This document shows positions 1 through 9,705 of a DNA stretch of 64,000 nt, piece by piece. The translations under genes were made by a program, and so were the position numbers. Positions within the stretch are counted from its first letter, which is position 1. Each line of letters starts with the position of its first letter. The stretch comes from Alphaproteobacteria bacterium (lineage in GTDB: Bacteria; Pseudomonadota; Alphaproteobacteria; GCA-2731375): NCBI GenBank assembly GCA_965225945.1, contig CBDDBZ010000039.1, positions 256,001-320,000 of the forward strand, given 5' to 3'. The notes below the pieces were generated by a model. The model did not search any database, had not been told where the DNA came from, and saw only the letters and a list, made by a program, of their open reading frames with translations.

Positions 1-777
1 CTTCTTGTGCCCCAGTAGAACCTGGATCACGCGGATGTCGACGCCCTGTTCGAGGAGATGGGTGGCGAAGCAGTGGCGCAGCGTGTGAAGCGAGATCCGC
101 TTCTCGATCCCCGCCCCCGCCTTGGCGCCATCGAGGGCGCGACGGAGCTGGCGGGTGGTCAACGGGTTGACCGGGTTCTGGCCTGGAAACAGCCAACCGC
201 CGGGCAGCATCACGCCGCGGGCGCGGCCAAGCAACCACCAGACCCTGAGCTGCTCGACGGCGCGATCCGAGAGCATGGCGTAGCGATCTCGGCGGCCCTT
301 ACCTTGCTCGATGCGAAGCGTCTTGCGGTTGCTGTCGATGTCCGGGACCTTGAGATGGACCACCTCCGAAGCGCGCAGGCCGGCGCCATAGGCCAGCGAA
401 AAGGCCGCCTTGTATTTGGGACCGGGGGCGGCATCGAGAAGCCGCGCCATTTCCTCGACGCTCAGGATCACCGGCAGCTTGCGCGGCATTGCCACCGTCG
501 TCATGCCGATCTCGGCGTCGCCTCGGCCGAGCGTGACGCCGAAGAAGAACCGCAATGCCGAGACCGCCGCGTTCATCGTCGTCGCCGATGCGCCTGCTTT
601 GCGCATATGCACTTGATAGCGCCTGAGATCCTCCGCCTCCGCCCGATCCGGAGAGCGTGCGAGAAAGTCGGAAAAGCCGGCCACCGCACTGATGTAGCCG
701 CGCTGCGTGTTGGCACTGAAGCCGCGAAGCACCATGTCGTCGTGTATCGCACCCGGTTCCTTGGACACAAGTTTGTC

Positions 778-1689
778 TCATGCGGCGGGCCTGAGTGACA
801 TCGCGGTGTGCCACGCCTGACGAGCTTGAGCGGGGCTCAGGTAGCCGTTCTTCTCCACGATCCACTGGGCATTGTACTGTTCGACGAACCCGCGGACGGC
901 GTTCCGCAGCTCCGCGATGTTGCGGTAGATGCGGCCATGGATGATCTGTTCCTTGAGCGTGCGATTGAACCTCTCGGCGACGCCGTTGGTCTGGGGCTGT
1001 TCGACGAAGGCGTAGGACGGCTGGATGCCCCAGAACTTGATCTGGTTGGTGAAGTGGTCCGACAGATACTGGGAGCCGTGATCCATCCGCAAGGCCAGCC
1101 CCCGCGCCGCACCGGCGGAGGTCGAGGCATACAGCCTCGCAAGCCCCATGGAGATCGGCTGAAGGGCGGCGAAGCGGTCGCCTCGCTTGCACACATGCCA
1201 GCCGACGCACTCGGCGTTCCAATGCTCGATGGCGGTGAATATCCAGCCCCAGCCGTCGTCCACCGTGAACACCCGAACGCCGTCCGTGCCCCACATGAGG
1301 TTGGGGGCATGGGTGATGATCTCACCGACATGGGGATTTCCGCCACGGCGGCGGCAGCGATGGGGCGAGAGCAGGTTGTTCTCGCGCATCACCCGGAGCA
1401 CCCGCTTGCGGGAAACACGGATGCCACGACAGACCCGAAGCCGAGCCCAGACCTTGCGGTGTCCCTCGCCCTCCCAGGGGGATGCCTCCAGGTCGGCCTC
1501 GATGGCCACCAGCAGAGCCTCGTCCGAGATCGAGGGCTTCGGTCCCCGGCGCTTTGCTGGTGGGCGCTCAGCGGTGGCCTGCTGCCGGGATTTCATGGCG
1601 TAGAACGAGGAACGGGCAAAACCCCAGGCCGCACAGACCCGCTGGAGGCCGTAGGCCAAACCCGTGCCGGGAGAGGTGGCGGCACTCAT
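778..1689 (-). CDS. IS3-family transposase OrfB (DDE/rve)
   Basis: WGTDG...MDHGSQY...QTNGVAERFNRTLKE DDE motifs. Confidence 0.92.
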   Translation of the reverse strand: MSAATSPGTGLAYGLQRVCAAWGFARSSFYAMKSRQQATAERPPAKRRGPKPSISDEALLVAIEADLEASPWEGEGHRKVWARLRVCRGIRVSRKRVLRVMRENNLLSPHRCRRRGGNPHVGEIITHAPNLMWGTDGVRVFTVDDGWGWIFTAIEHWNAECVGWHVCKRGDRFAALQPISMGLARLYASTSAGAARGLALRMDHGSQYLSDHFTNQIKFWGIQPSYAFVEQPQTNGVAERFNRTLKEQIIHGRIYRNIAELRNAVRGFVEQYNAQWIVEKNGYLSPAQARQAWHTAMSLRPAA

Positions 1690-2117
1690 CGCCGCGACCT
1701 CCGCCGCCCCAAAGGGCCGGACGTCTCCGTCTTGGCCTCCAGCAGTTCCACCTGCATGATCAACTCCCCGATCCGCTTCATGGCGATGTCCAGTTCCGCC
1801 TTTACCGGATCGCCCTTGCGTTCCTTGAGCGAGGCATCGATCCCGGCGATCGCCTTCTCACGCCACTGCTCGAGCCGGAAAATCTCCACGCCCAACTGCC
1901 GCGACAAAAGTTCCACCGGCTCGCCACGCAAAAGCCGCAGGGCAACCTCACGCTTGCGCGTCACCGTCCACCGCTGGCCAAGTCCCAGCGGGCCTGCCGG
2001 CGAAACCTGGCCCGGGGAAAACGTGGACGAGCCAAGCTCGCCCTCGTTTACCACAGGCCCATCAACAGCAACTTTGTTCTCAAAATTGTCGGTCATGTTC
2101 CGGTCCTCCTTGGACAC
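1686..2117 (-). CDS. IS3-family OrfA (HTH)
   Basis: RKREVALRLLRGEPVELLSRQLGV HTH plus coiled coil; ATGA overlap with orfB. Confidence 0.85.
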   Translation of the reverse strand: MSKEDRNMTDNFENKVAVDGPVVNEGELGSSTFSPGQVSPAGPLGLGQRWTVTRKREVALRLLRGEPVELLSRQLGVEIFRLEQWREKAIAGIDASLKERKGDPVKAELDIAMKRIGELIMQVELLEAKTETSGPLGRRRSRR

Positions 2118-2321
2118 TTCGATTAAACCAATTCTGTGTCCAAGGAAATCGGGTCCGACTCAGCACCATGTCGTCGATCATGCGCTGGCGCAGCGGGCTG
2201 ATGGTCTTGTCACTATCGGTCATGGGTCTGCTCCCGTGTTGCGTGAGCTTCGGAACTCCAAACCTCAACACAGGATCGACCCATCCGTTACGCCACCGAC
2301 CTCACCGCCCGGCACCACGAA

Positions 2322-2615
2322 CTACCGCTGAAAGCGGTTTCGTTCTATGTCCTCGTAGCAGACGACGAAGGCCATTTCGCCCCGCATGTGGACCCGAGGC
2401 GCGCGGCAGACGATCGGCGGGGAATTGGCGTTGGAAAGGATCGCCCGCCAGCTTTCCAGTACCGCTTCGCGACCTTCCAGCGGCTGCCAGCCCGGATGAA
2501 TGCAGGCGACCGGCGCTTGGGCCGCCCAGACCTCCTCCATCGCCGCCATCTCGCGATCGGCGAAGGCGCGATAAAAGGCCTCGTTGGCGAAGAGGACGGC
2601 CTCGCGCTCGCTCAC
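2322..2615 (-). pseudogene. SnoaL/NTF2-like protein, C-terminally truncated
   Basis: FANEAFYRAFADREMAAMEEVWA...CIHPGWQPLEGREAVLESW; similarity stops near 2345 at the element boundary. Confidence 0.75.
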
Positions 2616-2690
2616 GGCGGGAATTTTCCTCCTCGTCGGTTCCGCGATCCCGGACGGCGACGCGGCGGTCGGGATTGACGCCCATGGGCC

Positions 2691-3653
2691 TCAGCCGAGC
2701 CCAACCCGCCCGATCTCCAGAAATTTGGCGCGGCGATGCTCGCGCAGCCGTTCCGCCGACCAGCCGTCGTATTCGGCCAACGCGTTTCCGATGGCGCGGC
2801 CGACCGCGTCGATCGTCCGTGCCGGATCGCGGTGCGCGCCGCCCACCGGCTCCGAAATCACCCGGTCGACGACCTTCAGGCCCATGAGGTCGGCGGCGGT
2901 CAGCTTCAGGGCGTCGGCCGCCTCCTGGGCCTTGTCGCCCGAGCGCCAGAGGATGGAGGCGCAGCCTTCCGGCATGATCACGGAATAGATCGCGTGCTCC
3001 AGCATGACGACGCTGTTGCCGGCCGCCAGCGCCACCGCGCCGCCCGACCCGCCCTCGCCGACGATGCAGGCGACGATCGGCACGCCCGCCGCCAAACAGG
3101 CCTCGGTCGAGCCCGCGATCGCCGCGGCCTGGCCGCGCTCCTCGGCGCTGACGCCGGGATAGGCACCGGGCGTGTCGACGAGCGTTATCACCGGCAGGCC
3201 GTAGCGATCGGCGAGGTGGATCAGCCGGATCGCCTTGCGGTAGCCCTCGGGCCGGGCCATGCCGAAGTTGTGGCGAACCCGCCCTTCCGTGTCGCACCCC
3301 TTCTCCTGGCCCAACACCATCACCGCGCGACCCCGAAAGCGGCCCATGCCGCCGAGCAACGCCTTGTCGTCGGCGTAGGCGCGATCGCCGGCCAAGGGCG
3401 TGAAGTCTTCGATCAAATCGGCGACATAATCGGTGAAATGCGGGCGCTGCGGGTGGCGGGCGACCTGAGTCTTCTGCCAGGGCGAAAGCTCGGCGTAGGT
3501 CCGATCCAGGAGCAACTCCGCCTTCACCCGGAGACGCGCCACCTCCTCCTCGATGTCGACCCGGCCCTCGTCGCCGCCGTCGAGCTTGCCTAACTGGTGG
3601 ATCTTGTCCTCGAGCTCGGCGATGGGCCGTTCGAATTCGAGATAGGACCGCAT
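2691..3653 (-). CDS. accA: Acetyl-CoA carboxylase carboxyltransferase alpha subunit
   Basis: MRSYLEFERPI...ARHPQRPH...NFGMARPEGYRKA...GEGGSGGA. Confidence 0.96.
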   Translation of the reverse strand: MRSYLEFERPIAELEDKIHQLGKLDGGDEGRVDIEEEVARLRVKAELLLDRTYAELSPWQKTQVARHPQRPHFTDYVADLIEDFTPLAGDRAYADDKALLGGMGRFRGRAVMVLGQEKGCDTEGRVRHNFGMARPEGYRKAIRLIHLADRYGLPVITLVDTPGAYPGVSAEERGQAAAIAGSTEACLAAGVPIVACIVGEGGSGGAVALAAGNSVVMLEHAIYSVIMPEGCASILWRSGDKAQEAADALKLTAADLMGLKVVDRVISEPVGGAHRDPARTIDAVGRAIGNALAEYDGWSAERLREHRRAKFLEIGRVGLG

Positions 3654-3744
3654 TGCGCCTTCCCTGGAGGAGCTGCCAGCGCGGGCAACGTGGCGCCCTG
3701 GCGGTTGCTTGTCAACGCGGCGCCCTATCGCGCGGGCGCGCCAT

Positions 3745-3796
3745 GAGCATGATCCGACCATAGGAAAGCGTTTCCATAGGGTCGGATCATGCTCTA
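3745..3796. repeat. Short intergenic palindrome (GAGCATGATCCGACC...GGTCGGATCATGCTC)
   Basis: 15-bp perfect inverted arms; resembles alphaproteobacterial TAGAGC...GCTCTA palindromic repeats. Confidence 0.75.
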
Positions 3797-3852
3797 ATCG
3801 ACGCCGACCCGAAGCGCCCTCCGGCGCGAATTGGGGAGCAGGAGAACCGATC

Positions 3853-4716
3853 ATGCATTGGAGCGCCCGACGCCGAGCCTTTCGCGCCGTCCTCGCGGGC
3901 GAGGCTTGTGTCCATCCGGGCTCGGTTTACGACGCCATCTCGGCCCGAATCGCCGAGGATCTGGGCTTCGAGATCGGCATGTTCGCCGGCTCCATCGCCT
4001 CGATGAGCGTGCTGGGCGCGCCGGATCTGATCGTCTTGACGCTCACTGAATTCGCCGGGCAGGCCTATCGCATCAACCGGGCCGGCAACTTGCCGCTGCT
4101 GGTCGACGCCGATCACGGCTACGGCAACGCCCTCAACGTAAAGCGCACGGTGGAGGAGCTGGAGACGGCGGGCGTCGCCGCGCTTTCGATCGAGGACACC
4201 GTGCTGCCCAAGAGCTTCGGCGTCGCCGAGACCCGGCTGATCGACATCGCCGAAGGGGTCGGCAAAATGAAGGCGGCGCTTCTGGGCCGGCAGGATGTGG
4301 ACCTGGTGATCGCCGGGCGCACCAGCGCGCCCGCCGTCAGCGGGATCGAGGACGCGATTGCGCGGGCCAAGGCCTACGAGGCGGCGGGCGTCGATGCGAT
4401 CTTCCTGGTGGGCGTGAAGACCCGGGCGGAGCTGGAGGCCGTGGCGAGCGCGATCTCGCTGCCGCTGATCCTGGGCGGTGGCGGGCCGGAATTGGCCGAT
4501 ATCGACTATCTGGGGGCCCAACGGGTCCGGGTCGCGCTGCAGGGCCATCAGCCCTTCATGGCCGCCGTGCAGGCGACCCATGCGACGCTGAAGGCGCTGC
4601 GGGAGGGCACCCGGCCCCGGGACCTTCCCGGCATCGCCGACAAGGCGCTGATGCGCCGGGTGACCCGGGGCGCGGATTACGACCGCTGGAGCGACGAATT
4701 CCTGGGCGGCGCGTGA
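3853..4716 (+). CDS. Isocitrate lyase/PEP mutase family protein (oxaloacetate decarboxylase-like)
   Basis: VDADHGYGNALNVKRTV, SIEDT, AGRTSA. Confidence 0.88.
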   Translation: MHWSARRRAFRAVLAGEACVHPGSVYDAISARIAEDLGFEIGMFAGSIASMSVLGAPDLIVLTLTEFAGQAYRINRAGNLPLLVDADHGYGNALNVKRTVEELETAGVAALSIEDTVLPKSFGVAETRLIDIAEGVGKMKAALLGRQDVDLVIAGRTSAPAVSGIEDAIARAKAYEAAGVDAIFLVGVKTRAELEAVASAISLPLILGGGGPELADIDYLGAQRVRVALQGHQPFMAAVQATHATLKALREGTRPRDLPGIADKALMRRVTRGADYDRWSDEFLGGA

Positions 4717-4787
4717 GGGAGCGCCCGAGGGGAATCGATATGGTGGATCTCGCCGAACTGGGCGCGCCCGCGCGCGGCGACCACGGC

Positions 4788-6035
4788 ATGCGCCTCGATG
4801 CGGAGGAGCAAGCGATGCTCGCCGGCGAGGCGGGCCCCGCGCGGCGCTTAGCGATGCGCCAGATCGTCACCGTCGGCGCCTTTTTCGATGCGGCCGACTG
4901 CGTCGAGGTGAGCCAGGTTCACCTGATGGCCGACGCGGAAAGCCTCGGCGAGGCCGGCGTCGCCGCGTTGGAGGCGATCGCAGCACTCCCCGCGCCCGAG
5001 CGTCGGGTCCGCGTGCCGACGCTGACCGACCCCCGGGGGATCGAATTTCGCCACCACGTTTGGCTCGGCCAGAGCGCCGAGCAGGTCGCGCTGGAGCGCC
5101 GCGCCATCGCCGCAATCGAGGCCATGGGCATCCTGCTCACCAACACCTGCATCAACTATCAAACCGTGCTGCCGCCGGTGCTGGGCGAGCATCTGGCCTA
5201 TGGCGACACCGGCTCCGCGATTTACGCCAACAGCGTGCTCGGCGCCCGCAGCAATTTCGAGGGCGGTCCCTCGGCGCTCGCGGCGGCGCTCGCCGGGCGG
5301 GTGCCGCGATATGGCCTCCACCTCGACCGCCATCGCCGGGGCACGACGCTCTACGAGGTCGACTCGCCGCCCGGCGATCTGGCCGAGTGGGGTGGCTTGG
5401 GCGCCATCATCGGCGAGGAGATGGCGAGCTACTGGGAGGTGCCGGTGATCCTCGGCATCGAGCGCGCGCCGAGCTCGGACCAGCTGAAGCAGTTTGGCGC
5501 GGCGCTCGCGAGCTACGGCTCGACGCCGTTCTTCCACATGGTCGCCGTGACGCCCGAGGCGCTCACGTTGGCGGCGGCCTTCGACGGCGCGCCGCCGGCG
5601 CCGCGCCGCGTGGGGTTGGCCGATCTCGAGGCCTTCCGCGCCCGCTACCGGCCGCCCGACGATCGTCTCGACGTCGTCGTCTTCGCGGCACCGCAATTAT
5701 CGCTATTCGAGCTGCGCGACCTCGCCGAGCTGCTGGACGGCCGGCGGGTGGATTCCACGGTCGATCTCCTAGCGGCGACCTCGCCCGAGGTGAAGGCCGG
5801 CGCCGACCGTCTCGGACTCACCGCCCAAATCGAGGCGGCGGGCGGCCGCGTCTTGGAAGGGGTCTGCTTCTACCAGATGTATGCCCGCGAAATCGGCGAG
5901 GCGCGGGGTTGGCGGCGCCTGCTGACGAACTCCGCCAAGCTCGCCAACATCATCCAGGGTTATGGCTACACGCCCGGAATCGCGAGCATGGAGATCTGCG
6001 TCGAGAGCGCGTGCCGGGGGCGCTTCGTCGGATGA
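4788..6035 (+). CDS. Aconitase X catalytic subunit (DUF521); start uncertain
   Basis: TNTCINYQ, YANSVLGARSNFEGGPSALAAAL, TNSAK. Confidence 0.88.
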   Translation: MRLDAEEQAMLAGEAGPARRLAMRQIVTVGAFFDAADCVEVSQVHLMADAESLGEAGVAALEAIAALPAPERRVRVPTLTDPRGIEFRHHVWLGQSAEQVALERRAIAAIEAMGILLTNTCINYQTVLPPVLGEHLAYGDTGSAIYANSVLGARSNFEGGPSALAAALAGRVPRYGLHLDRHRRGTTLYEVDSPPGDLAEWGGLGAIIGEEMASYWEVPVILGIERAPSSDQLKQFGAALASYGSTPFFHMVAVTPEALTLAAAFDGAPPAPRRVGLADLEAFRARYRPPDDRLDVVVFAAPQLSLFELRDLAELLDGRRVDSTVDLLAATSPEVKAGADRLGLTAQIEAAGGRVLEGVCFYQMYAREIGEARGWRRLLTNSAKLANIIQGYGYTPGIASMEICVESACRGRFVG

Positions 6036-6463
6036 GCGCCGAGGGTTTCCAGCCGATCGTAATGCAAGGCCATGTCGGCATCGGCCCGGCGGTGGAGGGC
6101 ACGGCGCTGGTCGCCGCCGATAATTTTTCCGCCCGCTACGACCTCGACCGCCGGGCGGGCACCTTCTCGCGGCCGACGCACGCGCTCTTTGGCCAGTCCT
6201 ATCTCGATTCGGTCCTGGTACTGAACGGCGCCAAGGGGGGTGTCGCCACGGCCTGGATGCTGCACGAAATGGCGGCCAGGGGCATGGCGCCCCGGGGTCT
6301 GGTATTGAACGCGGCCAACCCGATCATGGCGCAGGGCGCCGCCTTCGCGAACCTGCCCTTCATCGACCGCTTCGCGCTCGACGTCACCGCCGAGGTGCGA
6401 ACCGGCGACCGCGTCCGCCTCGATCCCGCGCGAGGAACCTTGACAATCCTCGCGCGCGGGTGA
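6032..6463 (+). CDS. Aconitase X swivel subunit (DUF126)
   Basis: VEGTALVAADNFSARYDLD...GAKGG; ATGA overlap with the DUF521 gene. Confidence 0.85.
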   Translation: MSAEGFQPIVMQGHVGIGPAVEGTALVAADNFSARYDLDRRAGTFSRPTHALFGQSYLDSVLVLNGAKGGVATAWMLHEMAARGMAPRGLVLNAANPIMAQGAAFANLPFIDRFALDVTAEVRTGDRVRLDPARGTLTILARG

Positions 6464-6647
6464 GGATTGTCGGAGAGGTGCCGGAAAACGGACGTGGCGC
6501 GGCACAAATCAGCTACCTGTCGAAGGAAACGGGGGATGAGAGCGCCAAGGAAATGGTAAACTGTCCCCCACTTCCGCAGAGCTTTATTCGGACGATTGGG
6601 AGCACCCTAAATGTAGGGGGTGTGGCTGAAAACCGGAGAGGCACGCC

Positions 6648-6884
6648 TCAAGATTCGGATGCGCCGTCCCCACTGTCACCATTTACGCGGCGGGCCGCCA
6701 GTATCGATCTGTAGATGCGGTCGATCCGCTCGTCGGCAACGATTTCAACGGAACCGGTATAGCAGAGATTGTCCATTAACATGCGCACCAAGCCGCGGCG
6801 ATTTTCCACCGTCTCGTCATCCATCAACATGGTTTCGGTAGATGGCGTGGTATCGCTTGGAGAGTTTCCTGGCGTCGGGTGCAT
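6648..6884 (-). CDS. Small hypothetical protein (78 aa)
   Basis: ATG preceded by GAGGAAA RBS-like sequence; plausible composition (MHPTPG...NRRGLVRMLMDNLCYTG...); no recognised family. Confidence 0.4.
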   Translation of the reverse strand: MHPTPGNSPSDTTPSTETMLMDDETVENRRGLVRMLMDNLCYTGSVEIVADERIDRIYRSILAARRVNGDSGDGASES

Positions 6885-7073
6885 TTTCCGTTTCCTCGGG
6901 CGGCTGCCCGCTTGCCTTGTAGTGCCTTGTAAATGGTTGGTCCGCACCAACCAGCAAGTGATCGCCGACACATGCCGCGACGACCGCCCCTGGCAAGACG
7001 CCGACCCCGGCGGTGGTTTACGTCGTCGATCAGAAATCCGCGGAAAACTGCCATTTATGGGTGTTCGAAACCC

Positions 7074-7108
7074 CCGGTCGAAAGGCTCGGAGTTTCGACC
7101 GGTTTTTT
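7074..7108 (+). terminator. Rho-independent terminator-like hairpin
   Basis: CCGGTCGAAA...TTTCGACCGG followed by TTTTTT. Confidence 0.55.
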
Positions 7109-7224
7109 GCTGCACCGCACGCAGTCGCCCAGGCACGTCCGAGCCCCATTTGATCAATCCTCCCGGAAGCTATCGAAGCGATCCGGCGCAAGAAACTCCG
7201 ACGATCCTCGCGCACGCCTGACGC

Positions 7225-8169
7225 CTACGCTGGGCTGGTGATGCGGTCGATCTCCGCCATCTCCTCGCCCGTGAGCGTCCAGCCGATGGCCTCGACGTTG
7301 GCGGTGATCTGTTCCGCCCGGGTGGCGCCGGCGATCACGCTCGAGGTCTCCGGCCGGGCGAGGAGCCAGGCGAAGGCGAGCTCCAGCAGCGAGTGGCCAC
7401 GCGCCTCGGCGAAGCCGGTCAAGGCCTCGACGATGGCCCAGTTCCGATCCGTCAGGTAGATCCGGTTGGCGAAGCTCGGCGTGTCGGTGAGGCGCGCGCC
7501 CTCGGGCATCGCGTCACGCGCGTATTTGCCGGTCAAGAGCCCGCTGGCCAGCGGGAAGAACGGCAACAAGCCCAGGCCATGGCGCGCCATCGCCGGCAGC
7601 AGTTCCGCCTCGATCGCGCGGTTCAGCAGATTGTATTCGTCCTGGCAGCAGACGAATTCGGAGATTCCGTCCCTCACCGACGTCCAGTGGGCCTCCATCA
7701 CCTGCCAGCCGGGCAGGTTCGAGCAGCCGACATAGCGCACCTTGCCCTGGCGGACGAGATCCTCCAGCGCCCGGAGCGTCTCCTCGACCGGCGTCAGCGA
7801 ATCGGGCATATGCAGCTGGTAGAGATCGATCCAGTCGGTCTGGAGCCGCCGCAGGCTGTCCTCGAGCGCGGTCATGATCCAGCGCCGCGAGCCACCCTGG
7901 TGATGGCCGTCATCGGCCATGGCCAGGCCGAACTTGCTGGCCAGCACGATCTCCTTGCGCCCCTCGCCCAGGATCTGGCCGAGTTGCGTCTCCGAGCCGC
8001 CGTGTCCGCCGTAGATGTCGGCGGTATCAAAGAGCGTGATGCCGCTGTCGAGGGCCTGGTGGACGACGGCGCGGGTGGCTTCCAGGTCCAGCTTGGCGCC
8101 GAAGTTGTTGCAGCCGAGCCCGACCAGCGAGACCCGAAGGCCCGAGGGTCCGAGATTGCGATATTCCAT
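7225..8169 (-). CDS. Aldo/keto reductase
   Basis: GLGCNNFG, FDTADIYG, IDLYQLH, PLASGLLTGKY. Confidence 0.93.
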   Translation of the reverse strand: MEYRNLGPSGLRVSLVGLGCNNFGAKLDLEATRAVVHQALDSGITLFDTADIYGGHGGSETQLGQILGEGRKEIVLASKFGLAMADDGHHQGGSRRWIMTALEDSLRRLQTDWIDLYQLHMPDSLTPVEETLRALEDLVRQGKVRYVGCSNLPGWQVMEAHWTSVRDGISEFVCCQDEYNLLNRAIEAELLPAMARHGLGLLPFFPLASGLLTGKYARDAMPEGARLTDTPSFANRIYLTDRNWAIVEALTGFAEARGHSLLELAFAWLLARPETSSVIAGATRAEQITANVEAIGWTLTGEEMAEIDRITSPA

Positions 8170-8176
8170 GGTGTTG

Positions 8177-8959
8177 CTATGTCCCGGTGAAGTTGGCGAC
8201 GCGCTTCTCCAGGAAGGCGGAGATGCCCTCGCGCCGATCGTCGGTGGTGTAAATGGTGGCGGCCAGCATCGCCTCGAACTCCAGCGCCGAAGTGAGATCC
8301 ATCTGCATGCCGCGATGCACCGCGCGCTTGGCGAAGGCGAGGCTGAGCGGGGCCCGCGTGGCGTAGAGCTCGGCCAGCTCCAGCGCCGAGGTGAGCGCGC
8401 CGCCGGTCTCGACCAGGCGGTTGATCAGGCCGATCCGGTGCGCCTCCGCCGCGGCAATCGGCTCCGCCGCGAACAGCAGCTCCAAGGCCTTGGAATGGCC
8501 CACCAGGCGCGGCAGGCGCTGGGTGCCGCCGGCGCCGGCGACGGTGCCGATGCGGGCGCTGGTGATGGCGAAACTCGCACCCTTGCCGGCAACGCGGAGA
8601 TCGCAGGCCAGCGCGAACTCCAAGCCCCCGGTCAGGCAGAAGCCCTCGATCGCGGCGATCGCCGGAATCGCCATCACCTCGACCGCGTTCGAGAGCCGGT
8701 GCCAGCGATTGAAATACGCGACCGCACTCCGGGCGCCATCGATGGCGAGTGCATCGTTCAGGTCGGCGCCGGCGGAGAAATAATCCGGGCCGCCGGTGAA
8801 GATCACGGCGCGGACCGCATCCTCGGCCGTGGCCGCGGCAATCGCGCCGTGCAGCGCCTCCATGGTGGCGAGGCTGATCGCGTTGCGAACCTTCGGCCGC
8901 GCCAGGGTGACGACGAGCGCCGCCCCCTCGCGCCGGGTCTCGATCACCGCCTCGCTCAT
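8177..8959 (-). CDS. Enoyl-CoA hydratase/isomerase family
   Basis: FSAGADL, GGLEFALACDLR, GGTQRLPRLVG. Confidence 0.92.
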   Translation of the reverse strand: MSEAVIETRREGAALVVTLARPKVRNAISLATMEALHGAIAAATAEDAVRAVIFTGGPDYFSAGADLNDALAIDGARSAVAYFNRWHRLSNAVEVMAIPAIAAIEGFCLTGGLEFALACDLRVAGKGASFAITSARIGTVAGAGGTQRLPRLVGHSKALELLFAAEPIAAAEAHRIGLINRLVETGGALTSALELAELYATRAPLSLAFAKRAVHRGMQMDLTSALEFEAMLAATIYTTDDRREGISAFLEKRVANFTGT

Positions 8960-8996
8960 GCCCTCGCTCCTCCCTGTTTTGACGCCGCATTCACCG

Positions 8997-9221
8997 TCAG
9001 ACGCGCCGGTCTGTCAATCGAGCGCTATCGAAACGCCGTGGGAACAGTTCATTCTGGGATAGGCCAATGCGACCGCCGAGATAGGATTTTCCAACTAGCA
9101 GAGTGATTCCCTCGTCGATCGCCAGCATGGCCTTTTGCGCCGCGATCGGGTTGTCGTCGATCAGGAAGTCATAAAGCCGGTCGATGTCCCGAAGCGCTTC
9201 CGGCAGGAAGACCAGCTTCAC
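8997..9221 (-). pseudogene. RelE/ParE-type toxin, C-terminus apparently degenerate
   Basis: VKLVFLPEALRDIDRLYDFLIDDNPIAA; only 74 aa; GTGA overlap with the antitoxin. Confidence 0.65.
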
Positions 9222-9505
9222 CGAGGCTCGGCCTTCCAAGCGGCTTCACCGACCAGTTTGCGCACCCTTCTCCGGACGCTCTCAAAGGCAATGGACGGCC
9301 CGCCGGCCAGGTAGCGTTGCCATCGCTCCTCGTCCTCGGCCCCTTCGTCGACCCGTCGCTCCTGCTCGTCGGCGTGGGCGCGCAGAACGGTGTCGGCGAG
9401 AGCGCGAACCGACACCCCGGCACGAGCGGCAAGCACCGTCAGGCGTGCCCACAAGTCGGGGTCCAGGGTGAGAGGCGAGCTCCTATCGGTATCGGTCATG
9501 GTCAT
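9218..9505 (-). CDS. RHH/CopG-type antitoxin
   Basis: LTLDPDLWARLTVLAARAG...; directly upstream of the ParE-like toxin. Confidence 0.7.
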   Translation of the reverse strand: MTMTDTDRSSPLTLDPDLWARLTVLAARAGVSVRALADTVLRAHADEQERRVDEGAEDEERWQRYLAGGPSIAFESVRRRVRKLVGEAAWKAEPR

Positions 9506-9705
9506 ATGCTCCTGCCCCTGAGCGTAGCGATATAGGGACGTTTTTCCAAGAATCCCTTGTTCCGTGTCGAAAGTCGCTTGGAACGTTCGCTTCCCGGAAG
9601 GTCCCTGAGTTCCGCCATGTACGGAAGTCGAGTGATCTCCCCCCGGCTTGCCTGGCGGGAACGGAATCCCGATTATGCGCCGCGCCTGGCACGGGGAGGG
9701 GAGCG

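Larger units (their letters stand above)
743..2162 (-). mobile_element. IS3-family insertion sequence
   Basis: Imperfect terminal IRs TGTATCGCACCCGGTTCCTTGGACACA / TGAGTCGGACCCGATTTCCTTGGACACA with TG...CA ends; orfA and orfB; flanking 14-bp direct repeat GCACCATGTCGTCG. Confidence 0.92.
1..2223 (-). pseudogene. Tyrosine recombinase (phage integrase family, type associated with IS91-like elements), interrupted by an IS3-family insertion; 3' end beyond the window edge
   Basis: N-terminus MTDSDKTISPLRQRMIDDMVL (ATG at 2223) joins in frame across the IS to [11 protein letters not shown]...YGAGLRASE...[28 protein letters not shown], which contains the catalytic R, HxxR and H motifs. Confidence 0.9.
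1..2345 (-). mobile_element. Probable IS91-like (integrase-carrying) element; right boundary near 2345
   Basis: Integrase gene, hairpin ACCGCT-GAA-AGCGGT (2324-2338) followed by GTTC (2342-2345), and the adjacent SnoaL gene is cut at this point; the Y2 transposase is not in the window. Confidence 0.55.
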
